Below, in pieces: positions 16,432-26,237 of a DNA stretch of 57,469 nt. Within the stretch, counting starts at the first letter, position 1; every line of letters begins with the position of its first letter. The notes below the pieces were generated by a model that was not told the origin of the DNA, did not search any database, and saw nothing but the letters and a program-made list of their open reading frames with translations. The DNA is from an uncultured Candidatus Micrarchaeota archaeon (GTDB lineage Archaea; Micrarchaeota; Micrarchaeia; Anstonellales; Anstonellaceae). The translations under genes and the position numbers were made by a program. The DNA lies in NCBI GenBank assembly GCA_903892905.1, contig CAITKI010000153.1, forward strand, positions 1-57,469. Direction: 5' to 3'.

Positions 16432-17430
16432 TCAGGCCAACTCTGAATAGATTGCAGCCGTTTTTTGCGCCACGCTTTCCCATGAGTATTTTGCCGCCCT
16501 TTTCCTTGCCTCGCGCAGCTCAGGCTGCAAGTCTGATTTTTCAAGCTCGCCTATCTTTTCCTGTATGCTTCCCGACAGGATGTATCGCCCGGGCTTGTCA
16601 AAAAGCTCGGAGAGCGTGGCTTTCACCTCGCCCACGTCATTGGAGAGGAACGGGCGCTCCATTGCGATAGACTCGAGAAGCGTAAGGGGGAAGCCTTCGT
16701 ATTTCGAAGGGAGGATGACATAGCGGCATCGCTCATACTGATATGGCATCTTGCCAAATTCGCATTCAACGAACTCAGCCTGCCTGCCCATCTGCCTTGC
16801 CTGCGCTTCAAGCTTTGCGCGCGTGCTGCCTTCGTTTGGGCCTATGAAAAGAAGCGGGAGGGAGGAGCACTCCATCATGCGCTGCACGCCCTTGTCTGGG
16901 TCCAGCCTGCCGACATAGCATGCGCACGAGGCTTGCTTGTAGCTGCTGCTTGGCTTGAAGAAAGACAGGTCAATGCCGTTTGGAAGCACGGCAATTGGCT
17001 TGCGTGTTTCCTTTTTCAGGAGAGGGAGAATGTCGGATGAAACGCTGATTATCTTGCTTGCGCGCCAGAAGATGAAGGGTGCCATGAGGTAGCGGTAGAC
17101 GTAGTAAAATAACCTGCGCGCCCCGCTGATGCGCGGATAGCCGTGAATTGTCCATACCAATGGCTTCCTCCGCAGCAGGGAAATGAGCGCGCCGAAAAAC
17201 GAGTAGAAGTTGCCATAGCCATGCACGTGCATGATGTCAAAATCCGCGCGCAGCGCGGAGAAAAATTCGCCAACCGGAAAGCGGAGCGAAGAGAAAAGCG
17301 GAAGGGACGCGCCCTTGCCGCCTATCACCTGCGCCTTCACGCCTGATGGGAGGGCGCGCGTGAGGCTGAGCACGTGGTTGGCAATTCCGTTCCTTTCGCC
17401 ATAGGTGTGCACGAAATATAGGACCTGCAT
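16432..17430 (-). CDS. GT4-family (GT-B) glycosyltransferase
   Basis: EGFPLTLLESIAMERPFLSNDVGE, the E-x7-E motif typical of GT4 retaining transferases. Confidence 0.8.
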   Translation of the reverse strand: MQVLYFVHTYGERNGIANHVLSLTRALPSGVKAQVIGGKGASLPLFSSLRFPVGEFFSALRADFDIMHVHGYGNFYSFFGALISLLRRKPLVWTIHGYPRISGARRLFYYVYRYLMAPFIFWRASKIISVSSDILPLLKKETRKPIAVLPNGIDLSFFKPSSSYKQASCACYVGRLDPDKGVQRMMECSSLPLLFIGPNEGSTRAKLEAQARQMGRQAEFVECEFGKMPYQYERCRYVILPSKYEGFPLTLLESIAMERPFLSNDVGEVKATLSELFDKPGRYILSGSIQEKIGELEKSDLQPELREARKRAAKYSWESVAQKTAAIYSELA

Positions 17431-17439
17431 GTTGGCACT

Positions 17440-18018
17440 TCAGTTGGAAAACTCGTTTTCCACCATTTCGCAGATTGCATGGATGAGAAGGATGTGCATT
17501 TCCTGGATGCGCGGCGTCACGTCTGATGGCGCCTTGAGGACAATGTCTGCCGCGCCGTCAAGCTTGCATGCTTTTGCGCCCACCAGCGCAGCGGTGAATG
17601 CGCCGCGCGCACGCGCTGCATTGATTGCCAGAACCACATTTGGCGAATTGCCGCTTGTGGAAATGCCCACTACCACGTCGCCTTTTGCCGCAAGCGCCTC
17701 CACCTGGCGCGCAAACGTGTGCTCGTAGCCATAATCGTTGCCAATCGCAGTGAGGGCGGAAGTGTTCACGGAAAGGGCGATTGCGGGAAGCGCGCGCCTC
17801 TCTTTTATGTACCTGCCGACAAACTCGGCAGCCATGTGCTGCGCGTCTGCTGCAGAGCCGCCGTTTCCGAAAACAAGTAGCTTGCCCCCGTTCTTGAATG
17901 AGTGGGTTATCTTCGCAGCAAGCTTTTCCACAGAGGAATGGAGCGCGGAATCAGACTGCAGCTTTTTTGCAGCCTCGATATGCTCCGATGCGCGCCTGCT
18001 CAATAGGTTGTCCGCCAT
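17440..18018 (-). CDS. gmhA: sedoheptulose-7-phosphate isomerase (SIS domain)
   Basis: [21 protein letters not shown] and [11 protein letters not shown] motifs in a 192 aa protein. Confidence 0.85.
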   Translation of the reverse strand: MADNLLSRRASEHIEAAKKLQSDSALHSSVEKLAAKITHSFKNGGKLLVFGNGGSAADAQHMAAEFVGRYIKERRALPAIALSVNTSALTAIGNDYGYEHTFARQVEALAAKGDVVVGISTSGNSPNVVLAINAARARGAFTAALVGAKACKLDGAADIVLKAPSDVTPRIQEMHILLIHAICEMVENEFSN

Positions 18019-19037
18019 GAAACCATCCCCTCGAAATCAAAATCAAAGTTCACCAGGTGGGCGCCGTTCTTCGCCATGGCATTCATTATGCGCTTGCGGT
18101 CAGCAACGTCAGACACCACGAACAGGAAGCCCCCTCCGCCTGCGCCTGAGAGCTTGCCGCCGTACGCGCCGTTTTCCTTTGCTACGTCGTAAAGCTTCTC
18201 GATTTCAGGGGAGGAAACGCCGGGCAGGCGTTTTTTCTCAAGCCAGGACAGATGCAATAATTCACCCATCGTCTTGGTGTCCCCGCAGATAAGCGCATCG
18301 CGCATGCCATATGAATAGTCGCGTATTTTCTTCAGGTATTCCACGCTCTCCCCGCCTGCGCGCACGTCGTCCTCCTTTTTCCTTTCGATGTCGTGCGCGT
18401 CGCCCTGCCTCTTGTGCGGGGTCTCGAAAAGCATCATGGACGAGTGCCATTCTGCCACCAGGTCCTCCTCAAGGCGCAGGGGGTAGATGTTCATGCCGTC
18501 CTTCCGGAATTCCATGAAATTGAAGCCTCCGAACACCGCGGCATACTGGTCCTGGTAGCCGCCGGGCCTGCGGAGCATCAGGCGCTCCGCCCCATAGGCC
18601 GCGTTGGCAAAGCTGACACGGTCCATCATGGGCTTGCCGGATGCGTTTGACATTGCTGCGAGAAGCGAAACCAGCAGGGCGGACGAGCCTGCAAGCCCGG
18701 AGTTTTTCGGGCTCATGGAATGGATGATGAGCTCATAGCCCGCCTTGGGGGATAGGTTGGCAGTCTGCATTGCGGCTTTTACCACATCCACATTGTCGCG
18801 GGTGTTGGAGCCGAATTCCAAGTCTGTGCTGTCAATGTCGCGCGTGATGCCCCAGTCATGGGAGACTATGCGAGTATTGCCAGCCCCGTTAGGGGTCATC
18901 TTGGTGTATGAGTAGAGGTTTATCGCCACGTTGAGCACTGCGCCCCCGTGAAGCTCGAAGAAAGATGGAAGGTCGCTCCCCCCTCCGCCTATGCCGATGC
19001 GGGAGGGCGCGCGCGCCTTTATAGCAACTTTTTCCAT
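18000..19037 (-). CDS. hddA: GHMP kinase, D-glycero-D-manno-heptose-7-phosphate kinase type
   Basis: [46 protein letters not shown] (HddA-family hallmark as I recall it), and GAGGGGFLF. Its 3' end overlaps the gmhA start by 19 nt. Confidence 0.78.
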   Translation of the reverse strand: MEKVAIKARAPSRIGIGGGGSDLPSFFELHGGAVLNVAINLYSYTKMTPNGAGNTRIVSHDWGITRDIDSTDLEFGSNTRDNVDVVKAAMQTANLSPKAGYELIIHSMSPKNSGLAGSSALLVSLLAAMSNASGKPMMDRVSFANAAYGAERLMLRRPGGYQDQYAAVFGGFNFMEFRKDGMNIYPLRLEEDLVAEWHSSMMLFETPHKRQGDAHDIERKKEDDVRAGGESVEYLKKIRDYSYGMRDALICGDTKTMGELLHLSWLEKKRLPGVSSPEIEKLYDVAKENGAYGGKLSGAGGGGFLFVVSDVADRKRIMNAMAKNGAHLVNFDFDFEGMVSWRTTY

Positions 19038-19058
19038 GCTGAAGATAACAGATAAAGC

Positions 19059-19068
19059 CTTTTTATAG
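19059..19068. promoter_or_regulatory. shared TATA element between hddA and the divergent SDR gene
   Basis: CCTTTTTATAGG lies about 25 nt from the hddA ATG (19037). It is too close to the 19076 ATG, which favours the 19103 ATG for the plus-strand gene. Confidence 0.35.
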
Positions 19069-19102
19069 GTTCAGTATGCAAATAAGTTCGGGAGGGAATG
19101 AC

Positions 19103-20101
19103 ATGAAACATGATTTTTCAGATGATTTTGAAGCCAAGCTTTCTTCCATGGCAGACACGGGCGCGCGCGTGCTCATCACTGGCGGCTCGGGCTACCTGGG
19201 CTCTATACTTACCGAAATGCTGGTGGACAGGGGCTTTGACGTAACCGTGGTGGACAACCTCGCCTATTCCCAAAACACGCTGTTCAACCTGTTTTCCAGC
19301 GGGAAATTGAAATTCGTATTCGGCGACATAACGAACGAGAAGTTCATGCAGAAGCTCCTGTCTGACGGCAATTACGACTACATTTTCCCGCTTGCGGCCG
19401 TGGTGGGCTTCCCGGTGTCGGAGCAGAAGCCGGAGATAACCTGGATGATAAACCATGGGGCGGTCCTGACCATCCTCAAGCACAGGAAAAAAGGCAGCAG
19501 GATCATTTTCCCGACCACCAATTCAGGATATGGCATTACGAGCGGGGAGGCGGAGTGCACCGAGGACTCGCCCCTGAACCCGATTTCCACATACGGCAAG
19601 AGCAAGGTGGAGGCTGAAAAGGCGGTGATGGCGGCCGGCGACTCGGTCTGCTTCAGGCTTGCCACGCTTTTCGGCTTCTCGCCAAGGATGAGGACCGACC
19701 TGCTGGTCAATGACTTTGTCTACAAAGCCGTCAATGAAAAGTCCATCATACTGTTCGAGCGCAAGTTCAAGAGGAACTTCCTCCACGTGCGCGACGCAGC
19801 CAGGGGCTTTTTGTGGGCAATGGGCAACTGGGATAAGATGAAGGGCAGCACTTACAACCTCGGGCACCCGGACTACAACATAAGCAAGGACGAGCTTTGC
19901 CAGCTCATAAAAAAGCGCGTGCCTGCCCTGAACATATTCTACGCGGAGATCGGGAGCGACCCGGACAAGAGGAACTACGTGGTGTCGAACGCAAGGGTGC
20001 TTGCCACCGGCTTTGCGTTCAACCACACGCTTGAAGAGGGGATAGACGAGCTCGTGCGCGGCTACGAGGCATTCAGGGACTACCGCTTCAAGAATTATTG
20101 A
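19103..20101 (+). CDS. extended SDR NDP-sugar epimerase/oxidoreductase
   Basis: ITGGSGYLGSIL Rossmann motif and YGKSKVEAE catalytic motif. It lacks the TDEVYG-type dehydratase motif. The track ORF starts at 19076. Confidence 0.75.
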   Translation: MKHDFSDDFEAKLSSMADTGARVLITGGSGYLGSILTEMLVDRGFDVTVVDNLAYSQNTLFNLFSSGKLKFVFGDITNEKFMQKLLSDGNYDYIFPLAAVVGFPVSEQKPEITWMINHGAVLTILKHRKKGSRIIFPTTNSGYGITSGEAECTEDSPLNPISTYGKSKVEAEKAVMAAGDSVCFRLATLFGFSPRMRTDLLVNDFVYKAVNEKSIILFERKFKRNFLHVRDAARGFLWAMGNWDKMKGSTYNLGHPDYNISKDELCQLIKKRVPALNIFYAEIGSDPDKRNYVVSNARVLATGFAFNHTLEEGIDELVRGYEAFRDYRFKNY

Positions 20102-20112
20102 ATGGTGTTTTG

Positions 20113-21039
20113 ATGAGGATACTTGTCACAGGCGCCACGGGCTTTTTGGGCAGCCACCTTTGCAAGCGGCTTTTGCAGGAAGGCAATGATGTGGCCGGGC
20201 TGGGCTCGCGCGAATGCGACCTTACAGTCGAGGGCTCGCTGCAACGCGCGCTTGCCGGGAGAAAGGGCGATTTTGACGAGATAATCCACCTTGCCGCGTG
20301 GACGCAGGCTGGCGACTTTTGCCTCAGGCACCCGGGGGAGCAGTGGCTGATAAACCAGAGGATAAACACCAATGTGCTTTCTTACTGGAAAGACGAGCAG
20401 GAGCAGGCAAAGCTGCTGTTCATGGGCACAAGCTGTTCTTACGACCCCGCCCTTTCGCTGCGCGAGGAGAATTACATGTCGGGCGTTCCGATAGAGAGCC
20501 TGTTCACCTATGCAATGACCAAGAGGATGCTCTATGCCGGCGCGCTTGCCTTGAACAAGCAATACGGGATGAAGTACCTGTGCTTTGTGCCATCCACCCT
20601 GTATGGGCCAGGCTACCACACGGACAAACGGCAGATGCACTTCATATTCGACCTGATAAGGAAAATAATCCGCGGAAAGCTCCATGGCGAGGAAGTGGTG
20701 CTCTGGGGCGACGGCCACCAGAAGCGCGAGCTTGTCTACATAGACGACTTCACATCCGCCATGCTGGCGCTTGACAGGCGCTGCGAAAACGAATTGATAA
20801 ACATAGGGGAGGGCCAGGAGCACACCATACGCGAATTCGCAGGCATGGTATGCGACGAGGTCGGCTATGATTTTTCAAGGATAAAGTTTGACGCCTCCCG
20901 CTATGTGGGGGCAAAGTCAAAGTGCCTGGACATTTCGAAGCTGAAGGGGCTCTATCCTGAATATCGGCCCACTCCGCTGAAGGCAGGGCTATCGGCAACC
21001 ATAAAATGGTTTATGCAGCAAGCTTGGGAAAAGGGATGA
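20113..21039 (+). CDS. GDP-L-fucose synthase-like (Fcl/GER1-type) NDP-4-keto-sugar epimerase/reductase
   Basis: MRILVTGATGFLGSHL, IIHLAAWTQAG, and YAMTKR motifs. Length and motif spacing resemble Fcl-family enzymes. Confidence 0.7.
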   Translation: MRILVTGATGFLGSHLCKRLLQEGNDVAGLGSRECDLTVEGSLQRALAGRKGDFDEIIHLAAWTQAGDFCLRHPGEQWLINQRINTNVLSYWKDEQEQAKLLFMGTSCSYDPALSLREENYMSGVPIESLFTYAMTKRMLYAGALALNKQYGMKYLCFVPSTLYGPGYHTDKRQMHFIFDLIRKIIRGKLHGEEVVLWGDGHQKRELVYIDDFTSAMLALDRRCENELINIGEGQEHTIREFAGMVCDEVGYDFSRIKFDASRYVGAKSKCLDISKLKGLYPEYRPTPLKAGLSATIKWFMQQAWEKG

Positions 21040-21043
21040 TTGG

Positions 21044-22240
21044 ATGATTTGCAGGGTATGCGATTCGGCGAAATTGGAGCTTGCGCTCGATTTGGGGCAG
21101 CAGCCATGGGGCAACAATTTCCTCACGAAGGAACAGGTGGGGAAAGAGCCATTCTACCCGCTGCGGGTGGTGTTCTGCCATGACTGCAGGACGGCGCAGC
21201 TGGACCACACGGTCAAAAAAGAGATAATGTTCGGCAACCACACCTACCTTTCAGGCATGACGCGCACGCTGGACAACCACTTCGAGAAGGTGGCGCGCGA
21301 GGTGGATGCCAGGTTCTATTCCAACAGGAAGAAAAAATCGGTGTTCGACATCGGCTCGAACGACGGCACGCAGCTGAAGCACTACAAGGAGCTGGGCTAC
21401 GAGGTGCTCGGCGTGGAGTCCTCGGTGATGACTGCAAAGATTGCGAACGAGCGGGGATTGCCCACATTGAACAAGTTCTTCAACCTTGAGGCTGCCCGGG
21501 AGCTGAACAGGAAATTTGACGTGATAAACGCATCGGGCATTTTCTTCCACCTTGAGGAGCTGCATTCCGTGACGGACGGCATAAAGGAGCTTCTTGCGGA
21601 CGACGGGGTTTTTGTGGTGCAGTTCATCTACATGAAAACCGCAATCGACAACCTGGCGTTCGACCAGATATACCACGAGCACCTGCTCTACTACACGCTT
21701 GAGACCATCGAGAAGCTGCTGGAGCGCCATGGGCTGTCGATGTTCGATGCTTACCTGTCGCCCATACACGGCGGGTCCATAATGGGCTTTGTCACGCACA
21801 AGGAAAAGGTGAAGAAAAGCGAGAGGCTCCTCAAAATGCTCCAGGAGGAGAAGGATGCACGCGCAAACGAATTTTCCACCTACCTGAAGTTCGCAAAGGA
21901 CGTTGAGGCGCTCAAAGCCAGGGAAGTCGGGTACCTGAGGGCTGCGAAGAAGGCAGGCAAGACAATCTACGGCTTTGGCGCGCCTGTCAAGGGCAACACG
22001 CTTTTGAATTATTTCAACGTTGGCACGGAATGTATGGATTGCCTTGTCGAGAAGAACCCGCTGCGGAAGGGGCTGTACTCGCCAGGCATGCACGTGCCGA
22101 TTGCGCTTGAAAGCGAAGTGGAAAAGCTTCCGGACATCTATTACGTGCTTGCATGGAATTTCAGGAAGGAGATACTTGAATTGAACAGGCCGCTGATTGA
22201 ACGCGGGGTGGAGTTCCACTTCCCGATAACACCAAAGTGA
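21044..22240 (+). CDS. NDP-hexose C-methyltransferase (TylC3/EryBIII-type: N-terminal Zn-binding domain, class I SAM MTase, C-methyltransferase C-domain)
   Basis: CRVCDS...(x35)...CHDCRTAQL zinc module, VFDIGSNDGTQL SAM motif, and a C-terminal domain with IYGFGAPVKGNTLLNYF. Confidence 0.75.
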   Translation: MICRVCDSAKLELALDLGQQPWGNNFLTKEQVGKEPFYPLRVVFCHDCRTAQLDHTVKKEIMFGNHTYLSGMTRTLDNHFEKVAREVDARFYSNRKKKSVFDIGSNDGTQLKHYKELGYEVLGVESSVMTAKIANERGLPTLNKFFNLEAARELNRKFDVINASGIFFHLEELHSVTDGIKELLADDGVFVVQFIYMKTAIDNLAFDQIYHEHLLYYTLETIEKLLERHGLSMFDAYLSPIHGGSIMGFVTHKEKVKKSERLLKMLQEEKDARANEFSTYLKFAKDVEALKAREVGYLRAAKKAGKTIYGFGAPVKGNTLLNYFNVGTECMDCLVEKNPLRKGLYSPGMHVPIALESEVEKLPDIYYVLAWNFRKEILELNRPLIERGVEFHFPITPK

Positions 22241-23181
22241 TGAAAATGAGATTATTAGTGACGGGAGCCAATGGATTCGTCGGGAGGGCGCTGCTGCCCA
22301 AGCTAAGCAAGGCTGGGCACGAGATAATTGCGCCAGCCAGGCAGGAATACGACTTGCTGGAGCAGGCAAGGGTGCGCGCGCTTTTCCGAGATGTTGAGCC
22401 CGACGCAGTCATACACCTCGCCGCGCGCGTGGGGGGTATAATGGCAAACAAGACATACCCGGGCGAATTCATATACCAAAACATGGGCATGAACACCATT
22501 TTCCTCGAGGAGGCGCGCAAGGCGGGGGTGAAGCGCCTGCTCTATTCGTTCTGCGGCTGCTCGTTCGGCAAGAACTCGCCCAACCCCATAAAGGAGGAAT
22601 ACCTGTTCCGCGAGGGGGGGCTGCCTGACGAGAACGCCATGTTCTACTCGCTTGGCAAGGCGGCAAACCATTTGCAGCTTGTTGCATACAGGCGCCAGTA
22701 CGGGCTTGACTGGGTGTCGCTCATCCCGGGCAATGCATACGGGCCGCACGACAATTTCTCGGAAAAAAATTCGCACGTCGTACCGGGCCTGATACGCCGC
22801 TTCCATTTTGCAAAGGAAAGGGGCGACAGGAAATTCACCGCATGGGGAAGCGGAAAGCCAGTCCGCGACTTTGTTTATGTTGACGATGTCGCTGAATCGT
22901 TCGTGCTTGCGCTGGAGCGCCACCACGAGGAGCTGCCAATCAACGTCTCATCAGGAGTTGGCATAAGCATAAAGGAAACGATGGAAACCATAGCGAGCGT
23001 GGTTGGCTTTGAAGGCGAGATTGAATGGGACGCTTCCAAGCCAGATGGGCACATGGTAAAGGTGTTCGATGTTTCGAGAATGCGAAGCGTGCTTGGTTTT
23101 GAGCCAAAGGTGCAGCTGGAAGAGGGCATAAGGAAGACTTATGACTGGTTTGTGAAGCACCAGCAAGAGGCGAGGCTGTAG
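22237..23181 (+). CDS. GDP-L-fucose synthase-like (Fcl-type) epimerase/reductase, second copy
   Basis: LLVTGANGFVGRAL, VIHLAARVGGIMANKTYPGEFIYQN, YSLGKAA, GNAYGPHDNF, and HVVPGLIRRF. This is a close match in pattern to Fcl/WcaG. Confidence 0.8.
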   Translation: MMKMRLLVTGANGFVGRALLPKLSKAGHEIIAPARQEYDLLEQARVRALFRDVEPDAVIHLAARVGGIMANKTYPGEFIYQNMGMNTIFLEEARKAGVKRLLYSFCGCSFGKNSPNPIKEEYLFREGGLPDENAMFYSLGKAANHLQLVAYRRQYGLDWVSLIPGNAYGPHDNFSEKNSHVVPGLIRRFHFAKERGDRKFTAWGSGKPVRDFVYVDDVAESFVLALERHHEELPINVSSGVGISIKETMETIASVVGFEGEIEWDASKPDGHMVKVFDVSRMRSVLGFEPKVQLEEGIRKTYDWFVKHQQEARL

Positions 23182-23194
23182 TGCAGCGGGCGGT

Positions 23195-23968
23195 TTGATG
23201 AAAGTTGGGATAATCGGGCACATGGGCTTTGTGGGTGCGGCATTCTTCAAGGCTTTTTCCGAAGGCAAGGGGCACTCCGTGACCGGCATAGACAGGCAGA
23301 ACTACGCCACGCTTAGAGGCACGCGGTTCGACATCCTGGTGAACTGCAATGGCAACTCAAGCAAGAGGCTGGCGGAAAGCGATCCGGCAGAGGACTTTGA
23401 TGCGAATGCGTCTGCGACCGTGCGCGCACTCCTTGATTTTCCATGCGAACACTATGTGCATATATCAACGGTCGAAGTTTACAATGACAAAACAGGCCAA
23501 GAGGCCACGCGCGAGGATGTGCGCATAGACCCCTCCGGGCTTTCGAACTACGGATTCTCGAAATACTGCGGCGAGCTTGCGGCAATGAAATACGCAAAGA
23601 GCTGCATGGTGCTGAGGCTGGCAGGCATGGTGGGCCCGGGAATGAAAAAGGGGCCGGCATATGACATATTGGCGCAGGGCAGGCTTTTCATTTCCAGCAA
23701 GTCTGAGCTCCATTTCATGCACACGCGAGACGTGGCGCGCATTGCCATGCTCCTGTGCAGCAAGGGCAAGTGGGGCGAGACTTACAACGTGGTGGGCAGA
23801 GGCACCCTCCCCCTTTCCGAGTTTGCCTCGATTGCCGGCACCGGCCTTTCGGGCGAAGGAGACGATGTTGTGAAATTTTCCATTTCAACTGCAAAGCTCC
23901 AGGGCGTCTGCCCTGTCCCTGAAAGCAAGGAAGCTGTAAAGAAATTTGTAGGGGAGTGGGGCAGATGA
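23195..23968 (+). CDS. short SDR, NDP-4-keto-sugar reductase-like (RmlD-like)
   Basis: MKVGIIGHMGFVGAAF and YGFSKYCGE motifs in a 257 aa protein. Confidence 0.65.
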   Translation: MMKVGIIGHMGFVGAAFFKAFSEGKGHSVTGIDRQNYATLRGTRFDILVNCNGNSSKRLAESDPAEDFDANASATVRALLDFPCEHYVHISTVEVYNDKTGQEATREDVRIDPSGLSNYGFSKYCGELAAMKYAKSCMVLRLAGMVGPGMKKGPAYDILAQGRLFISSKSELHFMHTRDVARIAMLLCSKGKWGETYNVVGRGTLPLSEFASIAGTGLSGEGDDVVKFSISTAKLQGVCPVPESKEAVKKFVGEWGR

Positions 23969-25164
23969 AAGCGGATATCGCAGCGAATATGGGCGGATTG
24001 CTCCTGGAAAACATAGTGGACATGCGGGAAGGCCCCAGGAAAAAAGCAGTGGTGTTCAGCCCCGTGGGGGACATGGCGCAGATGGAGGAGTTTTGCAGGC
24101 ACGTGAAAAGCCTGAAGATACATGACGCCGCCGATTTTGTCTTTGTCTACCGGCAGGGCCTTAAGTATTCGAGCCTGCTGCCCGCGGTGCATGCGGCTGA
24201 GAGATATCCGCTGGGCACGGCAGGCTGTTTTTTCGCAGGGGAAAAGCTGGCATACTCGCTTGGCTATGAAGTCATAATAGTTGCAGACCTTGATGCGCAC
24301 CTCGACTCCAGGCGCACCTTTGACGAGATGCTGGAGATGTGCAGGAAGGGGGGCAAAGTGGTCTCGCCAGTTTCCACGAGCCAGGAAAACTCAGAGAAAT
24401 ACGTGGCATACAACTTCAACCAGTGGAGCTTTTTTCCAAGGGAGGCGTACGACACCATAGGCATGTCGACCCCTTATTTTTGGAGAGGGGGGGACGACTA
24501 CGAGATGATATGCCGGTACCGCCACCACGGGGAGAACGTTGTCTACACAAAGGGGAATGTGTTCCACCCAATGGTGGGCTACACCGTGTTCCACAAGATG
24601 GTGCAGAGAAAAAAGCAGTATACTTACATTGCAGGCTTGCTCAAGTCGCTGCTTTTCATAGGCACCTACAGCAGAGTAGGAAGCGCGAAGTACTTGCTCT
24701 GGCATGTCTACTATTCATTTGCAGCGGATGTTTTTTCGGACCCTGACCTTGGCGATGCCGTGAATGGCGCGCACACGCTTTCCGTGGAGGAGCCCGAAGG
24801 CAACGACATGAAGATTTTTGAGGTGAAGAAAGTGAGGGAGCGCGGGCGCTACTCCAACGTCTCGCCCATGAGGGCATTCTTGTTCCCCGCCGCCTTGGTG
24901 CATCTTCTGCTGTTCGGCCATTACGACATCTATACGGACAGAGTATACCTGAAGATGCCGAAATGGAAGATGCTTCTCGGGCTTGGCGCCGCGGTCCTGC
25001 TGCTTCCAATCAGGGCAGCCCAGGCACTTGCCTGCCTGTCGCAGTTCGGCAGGTATTTTGGGAAAGTGGTCTTTCCGGTGACATCTGCCAACATGGATAA
25101 AGCTGAGGGGATATACCGGACGCTGCTGGTCGAGCACAGGCTCGGCAAGGAGGGAGATGGATGA
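23956..25164 (+). CDS. divergent GT-A (GT2-like) glycosyltransferase with C-terminal TM helices, paralog 1
   Basis: It shares block order with the next two paralogs: VVFSPVGD..., LGTAGCFFAGEK, IIVADLDAHLDS (DxD), WRGGDDYEM, then hydrophobic helices (AFLFPAALVHLLLF, LLGLGAAVLLLPI). Confidence 0.5.
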   Translation: MGQMKADIAANMGGLLLENIVDMREGPRKKAVVFSPVGDMAQMEEFCRHVKSLKIHDAADFVFVYRQGLKYSSLLPAVHAAERYPLGTAGCFFAGEKLAYSLGYEVIIVADLDAHLDSRRTFDEMLEMCRKGGKVVSPVSTSQENSEKYVAYNFNQWSFFPREAYDTIGMSTPYFWRGGDDYEMICRYRHHGENVVYTKGNVFHPMVGYTVFHKMVQRKKQYTYIAGLLKSLLFIGTYSRVGSAKYLLWHVYYSFAADVFSDPDLGDAVNGAHTLSVEEPEGNDMKIFEVKKVRERGRYSNVSPMRAFLFPAALVHLLLFGHYDIYTDRVYLKMPKWKMLLGLGAAVLLLPIRAAQALACLSQFGRYFGKVVFPVTSANMDKAEGIYRTLLVEHRLGKEGDG

Positions 25165-26237
25165 TGGCAGGCGAAAGCGAAGGGTGGGAATGGGCAAAGT
25201 CCGAGTTCCCGAAAAGGTATGAAGAATCGCTGATTGCTGCAAAAGCCAGGAGCGCGAGCGCAAGTGGGAAAGCCTCGTTTGCGTTTGCCAAGGGAATGTT
25301 CAGCTTTGCGCCAGGCTTTGTGAAGGAGCACGGGCTGGTAAGGAAACTGCGCAAGGCATACCTCAAGGCAAATGGAAAGGAAGAGCAGCCATATGCCATG
25401 CTTTGCATGCAGAGCTTTGTGAATTATCTTCTGAACCGCGAGCCTGCGCTTCCACGGGGCGCTGGCAAGGAATACGCATCCGAGGCGCAACGGATTGTGG
25501 GGCATTACATCCAGGGCGCTCTTGGCGGCGGCATGGAACACCGCAAGATATACGGGGATTTTTACGCCAAGGTGAAAAAGCAGGGCCGACATTACGAGCT
25601 TCATGGCGTGAAGCTTTGCAGCAATACCTTTTTCCCAGAGGTTTTTTTCCACCACCATGGCCTGAAGCGCCTTCCGGCCGATGCACTTTCCAGGGTGCGC
25701 AAAGGCGCCATATTGGACATCGGCGCTGCAAACGGGGATTCCGCATGCGTGCTTTCGCACTACACTGACGGCAAGGTATATTCGTTCGAATGCGATTCCA
25801 GGGCATATGGCGAGATGGAAAAGAACATTGCGCTCAATGGGCTAAAAAACGTGGTGCCTGTGATGGCCGCAATAGGCCAGCGGGAGGAGAAGCTCGGCTT
25901 TGACGGGTTCCCGCGCGATTTTTATTTCCACCATCAGCAAAAAAGCGCGATTGAGACTGAGACGGTTTCTTTGGATGGCTTTTGCATGAAGAACGGCGTC
26001 GGCCAGGTCTCGCTTTTGAAGATGGACATCGAGGGGTTTGAGCTGGAAGCCATGCTTGGCGCAAGGCAGGTCATCGCGCGGGACAAGCCAGTCGTGATAG
26101 CAAGCGTTTACCACACGGGCAAGGACTTTTTCGAAGTCCCGCTGGAGCTTAAGAGGCTCAACCCTGCCTACCGCTTCATGCTGCTCACGCTCAATGAGGA
26201 AGTGCCCATGATGGAATCCACGCTTGTGGCATATTGA
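25161..26237 (+). CDS. FkbM-family SAM-dependent methyltransferase
   Basis: ILDIGAANGDSACV, FECDSRAYGEMEKNIALNGLKNV, and LLKMDIEGFELEAMLGA. ATGA overlap with the upstream gene. Confidence 0.8.
   Translation: MMAGESEGWEWAKSEFPKRYEESLIAAKARSASASGKASFAFAKGMFSFAPGFVKEHGLVRKLRKAYLKANGKEEQPYAMLCMQSFVNYLLNREPALPRGAGKEYASEAQRIVGHYIQGALGGGMEHRKIYGDFYAKVKKQGRHYELHGVKLCSNTFFPEVFFHHHGLKRLPADALSRVRKGAILDIGAANGDSACVLSHYTDGKVYSFECDSRAYGEMEKNIALNGLKNVVPVMAAIGQREEKLGFDGFPRDFYFHHQQKSAIETETVSLDGFCMKNGVGQVSLLKMDIEGFELEAMLGARQVIARDKPVVIASVYHTGKDFFEVPLELKRLNPAYRFMLLTLNEEVPMMESTLVAY

Noticed and set aside
20095-20823. A 242-aa antisense ORF opposite the Fcl-like gene. Analogous long antisense ORFs occur at 7349-8020, 24930-25760, 39856-40410, 41599-42408, 47477-48184 and 53871-55054.
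   Set aside because: Same reasoning as above. Each overlaps a motif-supported gene on the other strand, has low-complexity Arg/Ala/Pro-rich composition, and has no independent promoter or SD context.
21251-22369. A 372-aa uninterrupted ORF on the minus strand, exactly antisense to the C-methyltransferase gene.
   Set aside because: It is a shadow ORF. It lies fully inside a plus-strand gene that has clear Zn-module and SAM motifs. Its translation is R/A/L/P/H-rich with no recognisable motif. Similar long antisense frames occur opposite many well-supported genes in this GC-rich window.
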